Source of the DNA: Candidatus Marinacidobacterales bacterium
Lineage (GTDB): Bacteria; Acidobacteriota; Vicinamibacteria; Marinacidobacterales; DATDRI01
NCBI GenBank assembly: GCA_965226495.1
Contig: OZ245365.1
Location: forward strand, 768,001 to 832,000
DNA: 64,000 nt
Reading direction: 5' to 3'
Shown here piece by piece: positions 30,269 to 40,441 of the stretch. Positions within the stretch are counted from its first letter, which is position 1. Each line of letters opens with the position of its first letter. Below the pieces are notes generated by a model, which saw only the letters and a list, made by a program, of their open reading frames with translations, had not been told where the DNA came from and did no database searches. Position numbers and translations under genes: made by a program.

Positions 30269-31377
30269 CCGACAGGCGTTCCACAAGAAGCGCAGAACTT
30301 CGCGCCCCCGGTCAGGGCCGCCTTGCACTTGCTGCAACTCGCGCCTTGGGTTGCGCCGCAGTTGGAACAGAACTTGGCGTCTGCGGCGACTAGGCTTTGG
30401 CACTTGCCACAGGTTTGACCCTGCGGTGCGCCGCAGTGGCTGCAGAAGCCGGATCCCGCTGCGATCGCCTTCGAGCACTTGACGCAGGTCGATGTCGCCG
30501 CCGGCGTGGAAGACGTTTGAGCTCCGCCCATTGCTCCCATCATGGATTGCCCCATGGCGACACCGGCGCCGATCCCGACACCCGCTCCGGCAACGCCTCC
30601 GGGGTTATCGGCCGCCGACTCGATGGCTTTGGCGGTTTGGAACTGGGTGAAGCGGCCCATGTCTCCGACAACGCCCATGCTGGCGCGCTTGTCGAGCATC
30701 TCCTCGACTTCGGCGGGGAACGAGATGTTTTCCACGTAGAACTTGGCGAGCTCCAGACCGTGGCTCCTGAACTCGTGTGCGAGCTTGGCCTTGGCCTCGC
30801 TCGAGAGCTCGTCATACTTTGACGCCAGGTCGAACGCCGGGATCTTGGACTCCGCCAAAAGATCGCTGAATCCAGAGATGGTCAAGCGTTTTAACTGACC
30901 GTTGATCTCATCGGTCGTGAAGTGCCCATCCGTCCCCACGATCTCTCTCATGAACAGGGCGGGGTCGTTCACCTTGAACGAGAAGATTCCGAAGGCGCGC
31001 AACCGAATGGCACCTAGCTCCGGGTCACGAAGCATGACCGGATTCGAAGTGCCCCACTTCTGATCGGTGAACTGTCGGGTCGACACGAAGTAGACTTCTG
31101 CCTTGAACGGGGAATTGAAGCCGTGCTTCCACGCCCTGAGCTTGGTGAGAATTGGCATGTTGCGAGTCGATAGTTTGTGACGCCCCGGCGCGAAGACGTC
31201 GGCGATCTTTCCCTCGTTGACGAAGATCGCGGACTGTCCTTCCCGTACCGTCAGTTGGGCCCCCATCTTGATCTCCTGACCTTGGACAGGGAACCGGGAG
31301 ACCATCGTGTCGCCCGAACCGTCGAGCCATTCTATGACCTCGATGAATTGAGACTTCATGAAGTCCTTTAACGCCAC
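30265..31377 (-). CDS. SPFH (YdjI-like) protein with C-terminal double zinc ribbons
   Basis: IEVIEW, VREGQ.AIFVNEG, SPFKAEVYFV, KWGT.NP; repeated C..C...FC..CG. Confidence 0.85.
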   Translation of the reverse strand: MALKDFMKSQFIEVIEWLDGSGDTMVSRFPVQGQEIKMGAQLTVREGQSAIFVNEGKIADVFAPGRHKLSTRNMPILTKLRAWKHGFNSPFKAEVYFVSTRQFTDQKWGTSNPVMLRDPELGAIRLRAFGIFSFKVNDPALFMREIVGTDGHFTTDEINGQLKRLTISGFSDLLAESKIPAFDLASKYDELSSEAKAKLAHEFRSHGLELAKFYVENISFPAEVEEMLDKRASMGVVGDMGRFTQFQTAKAIESAADNPGGVAGAGVGIGAGVAMGQSMMGAMGGAQTSSTPAATSTCVKCSKAIAAGSGFCSHCGAPQGQTCGKCQSLVAADAKFCSNCGATQGASCSKCKAALTGGAKFCASCGTPVG

Positions 31378-31452
31378 GGGGACCTCCTTTCGGGACTATC
31401 TGTGTGAAGCGGGATTAATAAAGGATATCACATCGAGCGCGCGCGTCGCTAA

Positions 31453-31541
31453 TGATGGACTCTTCGACCGTTAATCCCTCTCCCTTTGGGAGAGGGCCTG
31501 GGTGAGGGTCGATGGACTCTTCATCCTTTAATCCCTCTCCT
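31453..31541. repeat. CCCTCTCCC..GGGAGAGGG palindromic element inside a short tandem duplication
   Basis: GATGGACTCTTC..TTAATCCCTCTCC occurs twice (~31454 and ~31511). Confidence 0.65.
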
Positions 31542-31542
31542 T

Positions 31543-32571
31543 CTACCAACGGGATGCAATGGTGATCAGGTCGGAAAGGAGTGCATAGGCGGTTTGCTCG
31601 ACGCCGGGGTCCTTTTCGACCAACATCAGTTCCTTCATGGTATCGGTCTCGATTGCGAGGACGTTGGTGGTTCCGACGGCGGTGGACATCGGATCGCTTC
31701 GCTCGAGTAGCTCCGGGGCAACCCGGGCCGTCACTTTCCGACCCGTGCCTCGACCCCTGCCTATGAGCCGCAGTGCCTTCCCCTGACGGAGGGCTCGCTG
31801 GACGTCCTGAGGGCGAACCGCATCGATGCCCATCCGACTTACCTCCACCGGACGGATGTTGGCACCCAGCAGAACGTTCGCCAGGACCGCCGTTTTGGTC
31901 GCGGTGTCCCATCCTTCGATATCGTGGCTCGTATCGGCCTCCGCTACTCCCATTGCGCGGGCCTTTTCGAGCGCACCGTCTCGGCTCTTGCCCTTCTCCA
32001 TCTCGGAGAGAACGAGGTTGCAGGTACTGTTGAGAATTCCGTGAAACCCGAGAATCTTTGTGCCGGGGAGAGTCTTCTCTACGAGGTTGAAGACCGGGGT
32101 CCCATCGAGCACCGTGCCCTCGAAACGAAAGGCGAGCTTCGTTTCACGAGCGAGCTTGTCGAGCTCGCGGTAGGCTAGAGCCACCGGTCCCTTATTTGCC
32201 GTCACGACGTGCATGCCCTTCCGCAAGGCGTTCCGGACATGATCGATGGCCGGCAGACCGCTCCAAGGATTGAGAGTCGTGATCTCGAATAGGATCTGAG
32301 ATGGTCGTCGGCGGATGAAGTCCATCGTGTCGCGAACAGGAATTCCAACGTGGATCTCTTCGATGGATTTGCCGGATTCCACGCGCCGTAGAGCCTTGCG
32401 ACAGTCGAGGCCCTTCGGATCGATCGCCGAACCGTGAGACCGAGTGGCAATGCCGGTTACCCGGCAGGTGAGACCGTATTTGGAGAGGAGCTCCCGCCGT
32501 TTTTCGAGGAGAAGGCGGACAAAAGCTCGACCCGCGTTGCCGAAGCCAACCAGCGCGAGAGTTACTTCCAT
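31543..32571 (-). CDS. hom: Homoserine dehydrogenase (no ACT domain)
   Basis: GFGNAG, HVVTANKGP, FEGTVLDGTP, GILNST, DIEGWD.A.K. Confidence 0.88.
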   Translation of the reverse strand: MEVTLALVGFGNAGRAFVRLLLEKRRELLSKYGLTCRVTGIATRSHGSAIDPKGLDCRKALRRVESGKSIEEIHVGIPVRDTMDFIRRRPSQILFEITTLNPWSGLPAIDHVRNALRKGMHVVTANKGPVALAYRELDKLARETKLAFRFEGTVLDGTPVFNLVEKTLPGTKILGFHGILNSTCNLVLSEMEKGKSRDGALEKARAMGVAEADTSHDIEGWDTATKTAVLANVLLGANIRPVEVSRMGIDAVRPQDVQRALRQGKALRLIGRGRGTGRKVTARVAPELLERSDPMSTAVGTTNVLAIETDTMKELMLVEKDPGVEQTAYALLSDLITIASRW

Positions 32572-32639
32572 GCGTGAGTGAGAGTGATCAGTGGACAGTA
32601 ATCAGCAGTCAGTACTGATAACTGATTACTGATAACTAA

Positions 32640-33758
32640 TCACGAGTGGACCTCGGAGCGAACCGTCTCCAAGAGTTCGGAGAAAAGCCCCAACCCCTTC
32701 TCCAGTATCTCGGCGTCATAACCGAAACCCACGCGGATGTAGCGGTCCATGTTGAACTGGTCCCCCGGCACCAAAAGGACACTCTTCTCCTCTCGCGCGC
32801 GGGTAATGAGCTCGCCCGAACCAATGTCCAAGTCGTACCGCAAACAGGCGATGGCGGCGGCTTGTGGAGGGACCATCGTGAACAGTCCGTTCTGTTCGGA
32901 AACCCACTTCTCTAGGACGGGAAACTGCTTTTTTATGATGGACCGGGTCCGCTCCAGGATTTGCTGGCGACGAGTCGGCGCCAATGCGACTCGCGCGAGC
33001 GTTTCGGAGAGTGCTCCCGGGCCGATGGATGTGTAGTCTTTGTAGGACCAAAGCTCTTCCACCTTGTCCGGCGGACCGGCCACCCACCCGATGCGAAGCC
33101 CCGGCAGGCCATAGGCTTTGGACAACCCGCAGGTAACCAGCAGTCGGTCGTACCAGCCCCAAAGCGTGGGCGAGGGCTCTTCGCGATGTTCCGCACCTTG
33201 GTAGACCTCATCGGAGAGAATCCAGGCACCGACCTTCCCTCCGATTTTGCAGATTTGCCGCATATCGTTTTCGCTGAGCACCGCCCCGGTGGGGTTGTTC
33301 GGGTTGCAGACGGCGATGAGCTTGGTCTTGTCAGTGACGATGTGCGCCAGCTCATCTAGATCCGGGGCCCACTTCGTCTCTTCCCGAAGCCACAGGGGGT
33401 CGACATTGGCTCCCAGCGAACGGGCCAGACCCCAGATCTGCATGTAGTTGGGGAGCATGACGACCACGTGGTCACCCGGCTCGACCAAGTTCAAGACGCT
33501 CACGAAGTTGGCCTCCGCCGTCCCGTTGGTTACCACGATGTTCTCGGTGTCGGAGCCAGGATAGAGATCGCTGATCAGCTCCCGAAGTTCGATCGAGCCA
33601 TTGGTCTGCGGATAGCCCAACGCCGTGTCTTTCAAGGTCACGGGATCGACGAGCTCACCCAAGTTGATCGGTTTCACACCGCTTTCGGAAAGGTTGTAGC
33701 GTACCCGGTTCTCCCAGGTGGACTGCATCCTTTCCATCTCGAAGGTTTCTAATCGCAT
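32640..33758 (-). CDS. PLP-dependent aminotransferase class I/II
   Basis: NPNNPTG, SDEVY, GLSKAYGLPGLRIGW. Confidence 0.92.
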   Translation of the reverse strand: MRLETFEMERMQSTWENRVRYNLSESGVKPINLGELVDPVTLKDTALGYPQTNGSIELRELISDLYPGSDTENIVVTNGTAEANFVSVLNLVEPGDHVVVMLPNYMQIWGLARSLGANVDPLWLREETKWAPDLDELAHIVTDKTKLIAVCNPNNPTGAVLSENDMRQICKIGGKVGAWILSDEVYQGAEHREEPSPTLWGWYDRLLVTCGLSKAYGLPGLRIGWVAGPPDKVEELWSYKDYTSIGPGALSETLARVALAPTRRQQILERTRSIIKKQFPVLEKWVSEQNGLFTMVPPQAAAIACLRYDLDIGSGELITRAREEKSVLLVPGDQFNMDRYIRVGFGYDAEILEKGLGLFSELLETVRSEVHS

Positions 33759-33842
33759 GGGTTTTATCCTCTGTTTAGGCGAGGCATTATACAGCGCGAG
33801 GGTCGGCTTGGGGAGACGGAAGCTGCTGCAGGAACGCGGTGA

Positions 33843-34250
33843 TTACTGGGGTTGTTGCTCCATCAAGATTCTGATGGCTTCGGCGAGTCGCTGCTGGGTT
33901 ACTTCGTCCACGGTTCGAAAAACCAATCCGTAGTGGTCGGTCTGATCCTGTGGAGAAACCGCATGCCAACGAATCGCGGCGTCCAGCGTAATGGATTCGC
34001 CGCTTCCCTCGAAGTTTAAGATGAGCTTGATCTTACTGATACCGAAATCGGTCTTGGATTCTAGCAGGGCGCCTTGGGGGGAGATGTTGTGGACCCGGCC
34101 GTCCTCCCGTCCCTTTTCCCACTCGACGGTACACTTCAGCGAACCTTCCGGGACGAGCCGTGCCTGCGACCGCTTTTCCATAACCCTTCCTAACATGCTA
34201 TCCGGAGACGCCATGTTTGTACAACCGTAATCTGAAGAGTCGACGCTCAC
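33843..34250 (-). CDS. PilZ domain protein (start uncertain)
   Basis: EKRSQAR and NISPQG c-di-GMP motifs; YGLVF. Confidence 0.75.
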   Translation of the reverse strand: MSVDSSDYGCTNMASPDSMLGRVMEKRSQARLVPEGSLKCTVEWEKGREDGRVHNISPQGALLESKTDFGISKIKLILNFEGSGESITLDAAIRWHAVSPQDQTDHYGLVFRTVDEVTQQRLAEAIRILMEQQPQ

Positions 34251-34383
34251 TTGCGGCAGGGCCAGGACCGCGCGACACTAACAGTCTGAACAAAAAGCAC
34301 TCGCCTGCGCGCCGACGAAAGACAAGCCGTGGGGGTGGGGTCCCACGGCTCTAACACTAGATGCCAAGTTCCAGGAGGGTTCC

Positions 34384-35358
34384 ATGAAGAATTCGGTCTT
34401 GCTCGTTCTTGCGGTCGGGCTCGCCGCTTGCAGCCCCGCCCCAAGTGACCCGTCCGAGCCAAGCGATGTTGAAACGCGAGTCCATCAGCGAGTCGACGAG
34501 ATGATGAAGGAGGAAGAAGGTAACGTCGTTTTTTCCGACCTTCACAACAGCAAGGAGCTCTCCGCGGAGGAGCGGAATTACCTGGATCGTCTCTATGAAG
34601 TCTTCTTCGCCCTGCCCGCGTATTTTCAGAGCGAATCGCGGTCCGCCGGCAGAATCCCGAAGGTTGCCGCGATCGCGCACGACTACCGGATTCATCCATC
34701 GGCGGTGCGACTTCTCCTGACCGTCATGACCTCGGACTCACGGATGCCGACCCTTATCACGCTCGAAGAAGCATCTGGTGAGATTGCGTCGACGGATATG
34801 GAAAAGATCGACAAGTTCGTCGAAACGAAGGGCTCCGAGGTCAAGGTCAGTGGCTGGATCGGGAAGCCGGTTCCCACCTTCGAAGTGACCACTTTGGAAG
34901 GGGAGACGATCACCGAAAAAGACATAGCGGGAAAGAACACCTTGATATTCTTCTGGCTGACGCACTGCCCCGTTTGTCAAAGGATCACGCCGAACATGGT
35001 CGAGCTCTATCAGAAATATGCCGGGAGCGACTTCGAGATCCTGGGATTGAACGTCGACGTGGCGCTAGGCCTCGACGTGTCCGGCGAGGAGCGGGCCCAG
35101 TTCATCGCCGAGCGAAAAATCGAGTACCCGGTGGCCATCCTGGACTCGGAAACGCGTGCTGCATTCGGAAACGTCAACATCTTCCCGGCGATGTTCTGGG
35201 TGAAATCGGACGGGACGATTGGGGAATTACTCCTCAACTATCAAGATCTTGACACCCTTGTGCGTCTCGTCGAAGGAGACGAAGAGTCGAAAGCGGCGCG
35301 CCGAGGAGATAGAATACCAAGCGGTGGACAAAATGGTGACGCGAAAACCGACTCGTAG
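34384..35358 (+). CDS. TlpA-like redoxin lipoprotein with extra N-terminal domain
   Basis: Lipobox LAAC; P.F...[13 protein letters not shown], cis-Pro FP. Confidence 0.8.
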   Translation: MKNSVLLVLAVGLAACSPAPSDPSEPSDVETRVHQRVDEMMKEEEGNVVFSDLHNSKELSAEERNYLDRLYEVFFALPAYFQSESRSAGRIPKVAAIAHDYRIHPSAVRLLLTVMTSDSRMPTLITLEEASGEIASTDMEKIDKFVETKGSEVKVSGWIGKPVPTFEVTTLEGETITEKDIAGKNTLIFFWLTHCPVCQRITPNMVELYQKYAGSDFEILGLNVDVALGLDVSGEERAQFIAERKIEYPVAILDSETRAAFGNVNIFPAMFWVKSDGTIGELLLNYQDLDTLVRLVEGDEESKAARRGDRIPSGGQNGDAKTDS

Positions 35359-36481
35359 CGTTCGCATCGGCTCGATCAGCATCGGTGGAGGCGAGCCAAT
35401 CGCTGTCCAAAGCATGTGCGCCACCAAGACTCAGGATGTCGAGGCGACCACCGCCCAGGCAGAGGCCTTGCGGAAAGCCGGTGCTGCGGTCGTTCGAGTC
35501 GCGGTGGACAGCTCCAAGGACGCCGATGCCCTCAAGGCCATTCGGGAGCGGACCGAGGCCAATCTCTCCGTAGATCTCCAAGAAAGTTACCGTTTGGCGG
35601 AGGAGGTGGCTCCATTCGTCGACAAGATCCGCTACAACCCGGGTCACCTCTACCATCACGAGAAGTCGAGGCCGGTTCGAGACAAAGTCCGCTATCTCGC
35701 GGATGTTGCAGCGGAGAACGATTGCGCGCTGCGGGTCGGCGTCAATTGCGGCTCGGTCGATCCGGCGATTGCCGAGAAGTTCGGTGACGATTCGGTCGGC
35801 GCGATGGTGGCCTCGGCCATCGAGCACGTGAACCTACTGGAAGAGTTCGGGTTCACTCGTTACTGCGTATCGCTCAAGGACTCGGACCCTGCCAAAGTCG
35901 TGGACGCCAACACGCGCTTCGCCGAGGAACGTCCCGAGATACCGCTCCACCTTGGCGTCACCGAGGCGGGGCTACCGCCGGACGGAGTGATCAAGACCCG
36001 TATCGCATTCGAACAGCTCCTGAGTCAAGGGATCGGAGACACCATTCGCGTCTCCTTGACGCTTCCCAACCCGCGAAAGCCCGAGGAAGTCGAAGTGGGG
36101 CATCAAATCTTGAACGACATCGACGCGGGGCGTTTTCGCTCGGTGCCGGACTTCGGTAACGATCGCCTCAATATCATCTCTTGCCCGTCTTGCTCACGGG
36201 TGGAGAACGAGCAGTTCGTCGAGCTTGCGGAAAAAGTTCGCGACCTAACGGTGTACGCACAAGAGCATGCGCTCACCATCGCGGTAATGGGATGCCGCGT
36301 GAACGGACCGGGCGAGACCGACGACGCCGATCTGGGGCTTTGGTGCGGTCCTCGACTCGTGAACCTGAAGCGACGCACCGAGGTTGTCGGCGCTTTTTCT
36401 TACGAAGAGATCCTTCCGCGCCTTCGTGAAGAGCTCGATCAACTCATCGAGAAGCGGGCGTCCTCCCGCCTCGAAGTCTAG
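35333..36481 (+). CDS. ispG: 4-hydroxy-3-methylbut-2-enyl diphosphate synthase
   Basis: [59 protein letters not shown]. Confidence 0.95.
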   Translation: MVTRKPTRSVRIGSISIGGGEPIAVQSMCATKTQDVEATTAQAEALRKAGAAVVRVAVDSSKDADALKAIRERTEANLSVDLQESYRLAEEVAPFVDKIRYNPGHLYHHEKSRPVRDKVRYLADVAAENDCALRVGVNCGSVDPAIAEKFGDDSVGAMVASAIEHVNLLEEFGFTRYCVSLKDSDPAKVVDANTRFAEERPEIPLHLGVTEAGLPPDGVIKTRIAFEQLLSQGIGDTIRVSLTLPNPRKPEEVEVGHQILNDIDAGRFRSVPDFGNDRLNIISCPSCSRVENEQFVELAEKVRDLTVYAQEHALTIAVMGCRVNGPGETDDADLGLWCGPRLVNLKRRTEVVGAFSYEEILPRLREELDQLIEKRASSRLEV

Positions 36482-36987
36482 TCGGTGCCTTCTTCCTTAG
36501 GAGCGGGTCTGTCGTTCCAGATGTCCCAGTAGAGCTTCCAGGTGCCGTCCTCTTTCTTCCAAACGACGACGTACTTGGCGAACTGAGTCGTGGGCTCTCC
36601 GCCCTCGGGCTCGAGGTTCAGGGTTGCCTCTCCGATCTCGAACGCCGTATCGCCGGAAATTTCGAACTCTACCGTCGAGAGGTCCACGGCCTTGAGCCCC
36701 ATTCCGCTCAACACTGAGCCCCATAACTCCTCGGCGCCCGCTCGGCCGCGAACGATCCCGCCACCGGGGGGCAACAAAGTAGCGTCCGAGGTGTAGAGAG
36801 CTCCGAGCGCCGCAGCATCCTGGTTCTGAACGGCTTCTTCGAACTTCGCGTTCCCTTGGTCGATCGCCGCTCGCACCTGAGCGGGGTCGACTTTCGGTGG
36901 CGCGCTTTCGGGCTGGCTCGGTGGTGCACATGAAAAAACGAACGAAAAGGCCAGTAAAGAAAGAAAAACAACCTTGCCTAACTTCAT
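36478..36987 (-). CDS. NTF2-like (DUF4440/SnoaL) lipoprotein
   Basis: Lipobox VFSC; [20 protein letters not shown]...DIWN. Confidence 0.8.
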   Translation of the reverse strand: MKLGKVVFLSLLAFSFVFSCAPPSQPESAPPKVDPAQVRAAIDQGNAKFEEAVQNQDAAALGALYTSDATLLPPGGGIVRGRAGAEELWGSVLSGMGLKAVDLSTVEFEISGDTAFEIGEATLNLEPEGGEPTTQFAKYVVVWKKEDGTWKLYWDIWNDRPAPKEEGTD

Positions 36988-37019
36988 GACTGCCTCCCTT
37001 GAAACTCTTACCTGGAAGA

Positions 37020-37412
37020 TCAGGTTTCGAGCGGTACTTTGATGGGTGTCTTCTTGCCCCACTTGTCGACGGCGACGAAGACGAACTTAGTGTGGACGAT
37101 CTCTCGAGCCGCTCCGCTGGCTGGATCCTCGGCGACCACGCGCATTTCGACCGAGATAGAAGTCCTGCCCGTCTTGGACACTCGTCCATAGATGCCTAGC
37201 ACGTCGCCCAATCGACCCGGCGCCAGGAAGTCCATCGCCTCGATGTGTCGGGTCACCATACCGGAGGCGCGCGCTTTGATCATCGCGTAGCTAGCACCGG
37301 CGTCGTCCAGCCAGGCGAGCATGGTGCCGCCGAACAGACGATCCGCTCCCCCGAGGTTCTTGACCGCCACGATGTGGTGGGCGATCAAATCGAAACCTTC
37401 TGGGGCCTTCAT
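37020..37412 (-). CDS. Hotdog-fold acyl-CoA thioesterase (YciA-like)
   Basis: LFGG.MLAWLD, GRTSI.VEM, FVFVAVD. Confidence 0.85.
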   Translation of the reverse strand: MKAPEGFDLIAHHIVAVKNLGGADRLFGGTMLAWLDDAGASYAMIKARASGMVTRHIEAMDFLAPGRLGDVLGIYGRVSKTGRTSISVEMRVVAEDPASGAAREIVHTKFVFVAVDKWGKKTPIKVPLET

Positions 37413-37474
37413 GGAAAGAGTTCGAGTATAATGCGCAGACAGGTTATTGGTTTCCTCAAGGTGATGCAAACCCG

Positions 37475-37590
37475 CCGTCTGGCGAGCTGGCTCGTGGCAA
37501 CCGCGCCCATTGACGGTCCGAACGAAGTGCTGACCGTCTGGCGAGCTGGCTCGTGGCAACTCCGCCTGGCGACGGCCGGAAGTGGCATCG
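37475..37590. repeat. 27-bp direct repeat at 59-bp period upstream of pxpA
   Basis: CCGTCTGGCGAGCTGGCTCGTGGCAAC at 37475 and 37534. Confidence 0.85.
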
Positions 37591-37610
37591 ATTAGTCGGC
37601 CTGTTATAGA

Positions 37611-38387
37611 ATGCGGAAAACGATGCAGATCGATCTGAACTGCGATATCGGCGAGGGCTTCGGCATCTACCAGATAGGAGCCGATGAGGCGCTGATGCCG
37701 CTCATCAGTTCGGCCAATGTCGCCTGCGGCTTTCACGCCGGGGATCCCCAGACTCTGGACCGGACCATCGCCCTCGCTTCCAAGAACGGGGTCGCCGTTG
37801 GTGCACACCCGGGATATCTCGATCTCCGGGGGTTCGGACGCCGGCCCATCCAGGCCAGCCCGAAGGAAGTCGAAGCGGACGTTCTCTACCAGGTCGGTGC
37901 GGTGGCGGGTTTCGCGCGCTCTCACAGCGTCGAGCTCGTTCACGTCAAGCCCCACGGCGCGCTCTACAATCAAGCCGTTAGCGACAGCGAGCTCGCCCGA
38001 GCGATAGCACGCGGTGTCGCCCGCTTCAGTCGGGAGCTCATCTTCGTCGGGCTCGCCACGTCGGCAGCGATGCGCGAGGCGGCGGAAGCGGAGGGTCTCC
38101 GCTATGCCGGCGAGGCATTCGCCGATCGCGTCTACAATGCCGACGGTACGCTACAATCGCGACGCATCGAAGGCTCGGTCATCACCGACTCGACCAGGGC
38201 TGTCGCCCAGGCAGTTGCGATCGCCCACGATCGGAAGGTCATGTCGCACGATGGTGGTGTAGTCGCGCTCCAGGCGGAGACGCTGTGTCTCCACGGAGAC
38301 AATCCTAGTGCCGTCCAGAACGCACAGGCCATTCGCCAAGCTCTCGCAGACGTGGGAGTCGAAGTGCGTTCTCTCGCGAGCCGGTAG
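37611..38387 (+). CDS. pxpA: 5-oxoprolinase subunit A (LamB/YcsF)
   Basis: IDLNCDIGEG, SANVACGFHAGD, HVKPHGALYN, EAFADR, CLHGD. Confidence 0.93.
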   Translation: MRKTMQIDLNCDIGEGFGIYQIGADEALMPLISSANVACGFHAGDPQTLDRTIALASKNGVAVGAHPGYLDLRGFGRRPIQASPKEVEADVLYQVGAVAGFARSHSVELVHVKPHGALYNQAVSDSELARAIARGVARFSRELIFVGLATSAAMREAAEAEGLRYAGEAFADRVYNADGTLQSRRIEGSVITDSTRAVAQAVAIAHDRKVMSHDGGVVALQAETLCLHGDNPSAVQNAQAIRQALADVGVEVRSLASR

Positions 38388-38420
38388 AGAGAGACGGCTC
38401 GAGGCCCGTCTCGGATCGAG

Positions 38421-40082
38421 ATGACTTCTCCCCGAATCTTGAATGCCGGTGAAGCGGCGATGTCGGTGGAGTTCGGCGACGCGATCGATCTCGAGCTGAA
38501 TGCGAAGGTGCGAGCCCTCGACGAATCACTGCTATCCAAGCCTTTCCCGGGATTCGTGGAGGCGGTGCCGACTTATCGTTCCCTGCTCGTCCATTTCGAT
38601 CCGTTGCGGGCGGAGTTCGACGACGTCGCCGACTATCTCACACGGCTCACCGGGAAGGCCACACGCGCAAAACCAGGCCGACCACCCGTCAAAGAAGTTC
38701 CCACGGTCTACGATGGTGAAGATCTGGATGCGGTTGCGCGTGACGCAGGGCTGAGCCGCGCTGAAGTCGTCGCTCTTCACACTGGAACGGAATACCGCGT
38801 CTACATGCTCGGCTTTTCACCGGGTTTCGCCTACATGGGCCTGCTCCCGGAAGCGATCGCGCGACCGCGCAAGGCGACACCACGCACACGAGTGCCGGCC
38901 GGCTCGGTTGCCATCGCCGGTAGGCAGACCGGCGTCTATCCTTCCGCGACCCCCGGTGGTTGGAATCTCATCGGACGTGCCTCGCTCCCTTTGTTCGATC
39001 CCGAGTCGAGTCCTCCGACTTTTTTCGTTTCCGGCGATCGGGTGCGCTTCGTATCCGTTCCGGATTTGCCTGACCGCACTGAAAGGCCCGATGGCGCCCA
39101 ACGGAGCGCGACGAAAAACCAGGAACCGGGCGAGCCGACGCTCGAAGTGTTGGATGGAGGACTGCTCACAACGGTTCAGGACCTAGGACGCGTTGGCTAC
39201 CAACGGTACGGAGTTCCGGTCGCGGGGGCCGCGGACGCCGCATCGTTACGGGCCGCAAACTTCTTGGTAGGCAACGAGCCCGGAGCCGCCGCACTCGAGT
39301 GCACTGCCATGGGACCATCCCTACGATTCTTGCGAACGACCATCGTCGCAATCTGCGGGGCGAGTCTCGGGCCGGTTCTTGAGCGCGGCGACCTTGGACC
39401 TTGGGAAGTTCCCCCGAACCTATCGTTTCTCGCTCGCGCGGGAAACGTGTTGCGATTCGGTGCCCGGCAAGCCGGCTATCGTTGCTATTTGTCGGTAGTG
39501 GGGGGATGGGGAGTACCACAAGTACTTGGTTCGCGGTCGACCTATCTGACGTCCGCCCTGGGTGGTCTTCAGGGCCGGGCGCTCGAGCGCGGCGATGTTC
39601 TCACCGTGCTTCCATCCGAGAGCGACCCGAGCCCGGGTCGCCGTTGGCAGGGTGACGTCACTCCGACCGCCGCGGAAACGGTGGTGCGTGTGGTATTCGG
39701 ACTGCAGGAGGACTACTTCCATAAGAAGACGAAAGAAACCCTAACCTCCTCGGAATACACCATAGCCGCGTCCTCGGATCGAATGGGTTGCCGATTGGAC
39801 GGTCCGAGCCTTCGCCACAAAAAAGCGAGCGAGATCGTGTCCGACGGGATGGTGCAGGGAGCGATACAGGTTCCGGCGGACGGACGACCGATCGTCATGC
39901 TCGCCGACCGTGCCACCGCGGGGGGCTATCCCAAAATCGGGACCGTCATCGGTGCCGACATACCGCGCCTGGCGCAGCTCATGCCCGGCGAACGACTACG
40001 TTTCGAAGCGGTCGATCTCGAGCAGGCGGTGGAGGCTCTGCGAGCGGTCCGGCGGGCAGAGGAAAAGGCGCGGAAGGTCTAG
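38421..40082 (+). CDS. pxpB: 5-oxoprolinase subunit B/C fusion
   Basis: GFSPGFAY and PGGWNLIG (PxpB); TTVQDLGR, SDRMG, GAIQVP, GGYPKI (PxpC). Confidence 0.9.
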   Translation: MTSPRILNAGEAAMSVEFGDAIDLELNAKVRALDESLLSKPFPGFVEAVPTYRSLLVHFDPLRAEFDDVADYLTRLTGKATRAKPGRPPVKEVPTVYDGEDLDAVARDAGLSRAEVVALHTGTEYRVYMLGFSPGFAYMGLLPEAIARPRKATPRTRVPAGSVAIAGRQTGVYPSATPGGWNLIGRASLPLFDPESSPPTFFVSGDRVRFVSVPDLPDRTERPDGAQRSATKNQEPGEPTLEVLDGGLLTTVQDLGRVGYQRYGVPVAGAADAASLRAANFLVGNEPGAAALECTAMGPSLRFLRTTIVAICGASLGPVLERGDLGPWEVPPNLSFLARAGNVLRFGARQAGYRCYLSVVGGWGVPQVLGSRSTYLTSALGGLQGRALERGDVLTVLPSESDPSPGRRWQGDVTPTAAETVVRVVFGLQEDYFHKKTKETLTSSEYTIAASSDRMGCRLDGPSLRHKKASEIVSDGMVQGAIQVPADGRPIVMLADRATAGGYPKIGTVIGADIPRLAQLMPGERLRFEAVDLEQAVEALRAVRRAEEKARKV

Positions 40083-40134
40083 TAAGCAGGGTGCACAGGA
40101 TTTCACGGCACCCTGCGCGAAGAGCCATCAGCTG

Positions 40135-40415
40135 GACGGCGGTGGGGGTGGGGCCCCGCCGCACTAAGTAAGGAGCGAGCCCGCGTGGTGGCCGCCAAAC
40201 TAGGTGGTTGCTGAAGCTCGACGTGGCCAGGCGGCGGGCCGACAACAGGTGCGCCGAGCGGAGCCGTCAGCTGTCTCGCAGCCGCTTGTCGGCGAAGGGA
40301 CGAGCCGTGGGGGTGGGGCCCCGCGGCATTGATGAGAGCCCTCAGCCCGAGCGCAGCGTGAGCGAAGCGAGCCGCGAAGCGAGAGCCGTGGGGGTGGGGC
40401 CCCGCGGCACTCATC
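40135..40415. repeat. Cluster of three GTGGGGGTGGGGCCCC hairpin elements
   Basis: Copies at ~40142, ~40307 and ~40388. Confidence 0.85.
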
Positions 40416-40441
40416 AAAGACTGAGCGCGCATTGAGGCATA

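Noticed and set aside
37475-37590. Possible mini-CRISPR (27-bp repeat, 32-bp spacer)
   Set aside because: Only two repeats, the following sequence resembles the spacer (tandem duplication), and no cas genes are present
37413-37973. Long N-terminal extension of the thioesterase
   Set aside because: Antisense shadow of pxpA and intergenic DNA
38421-40082. PxpB-PxpC fusion as a novelty
   Set aside because: This fusion is already well known
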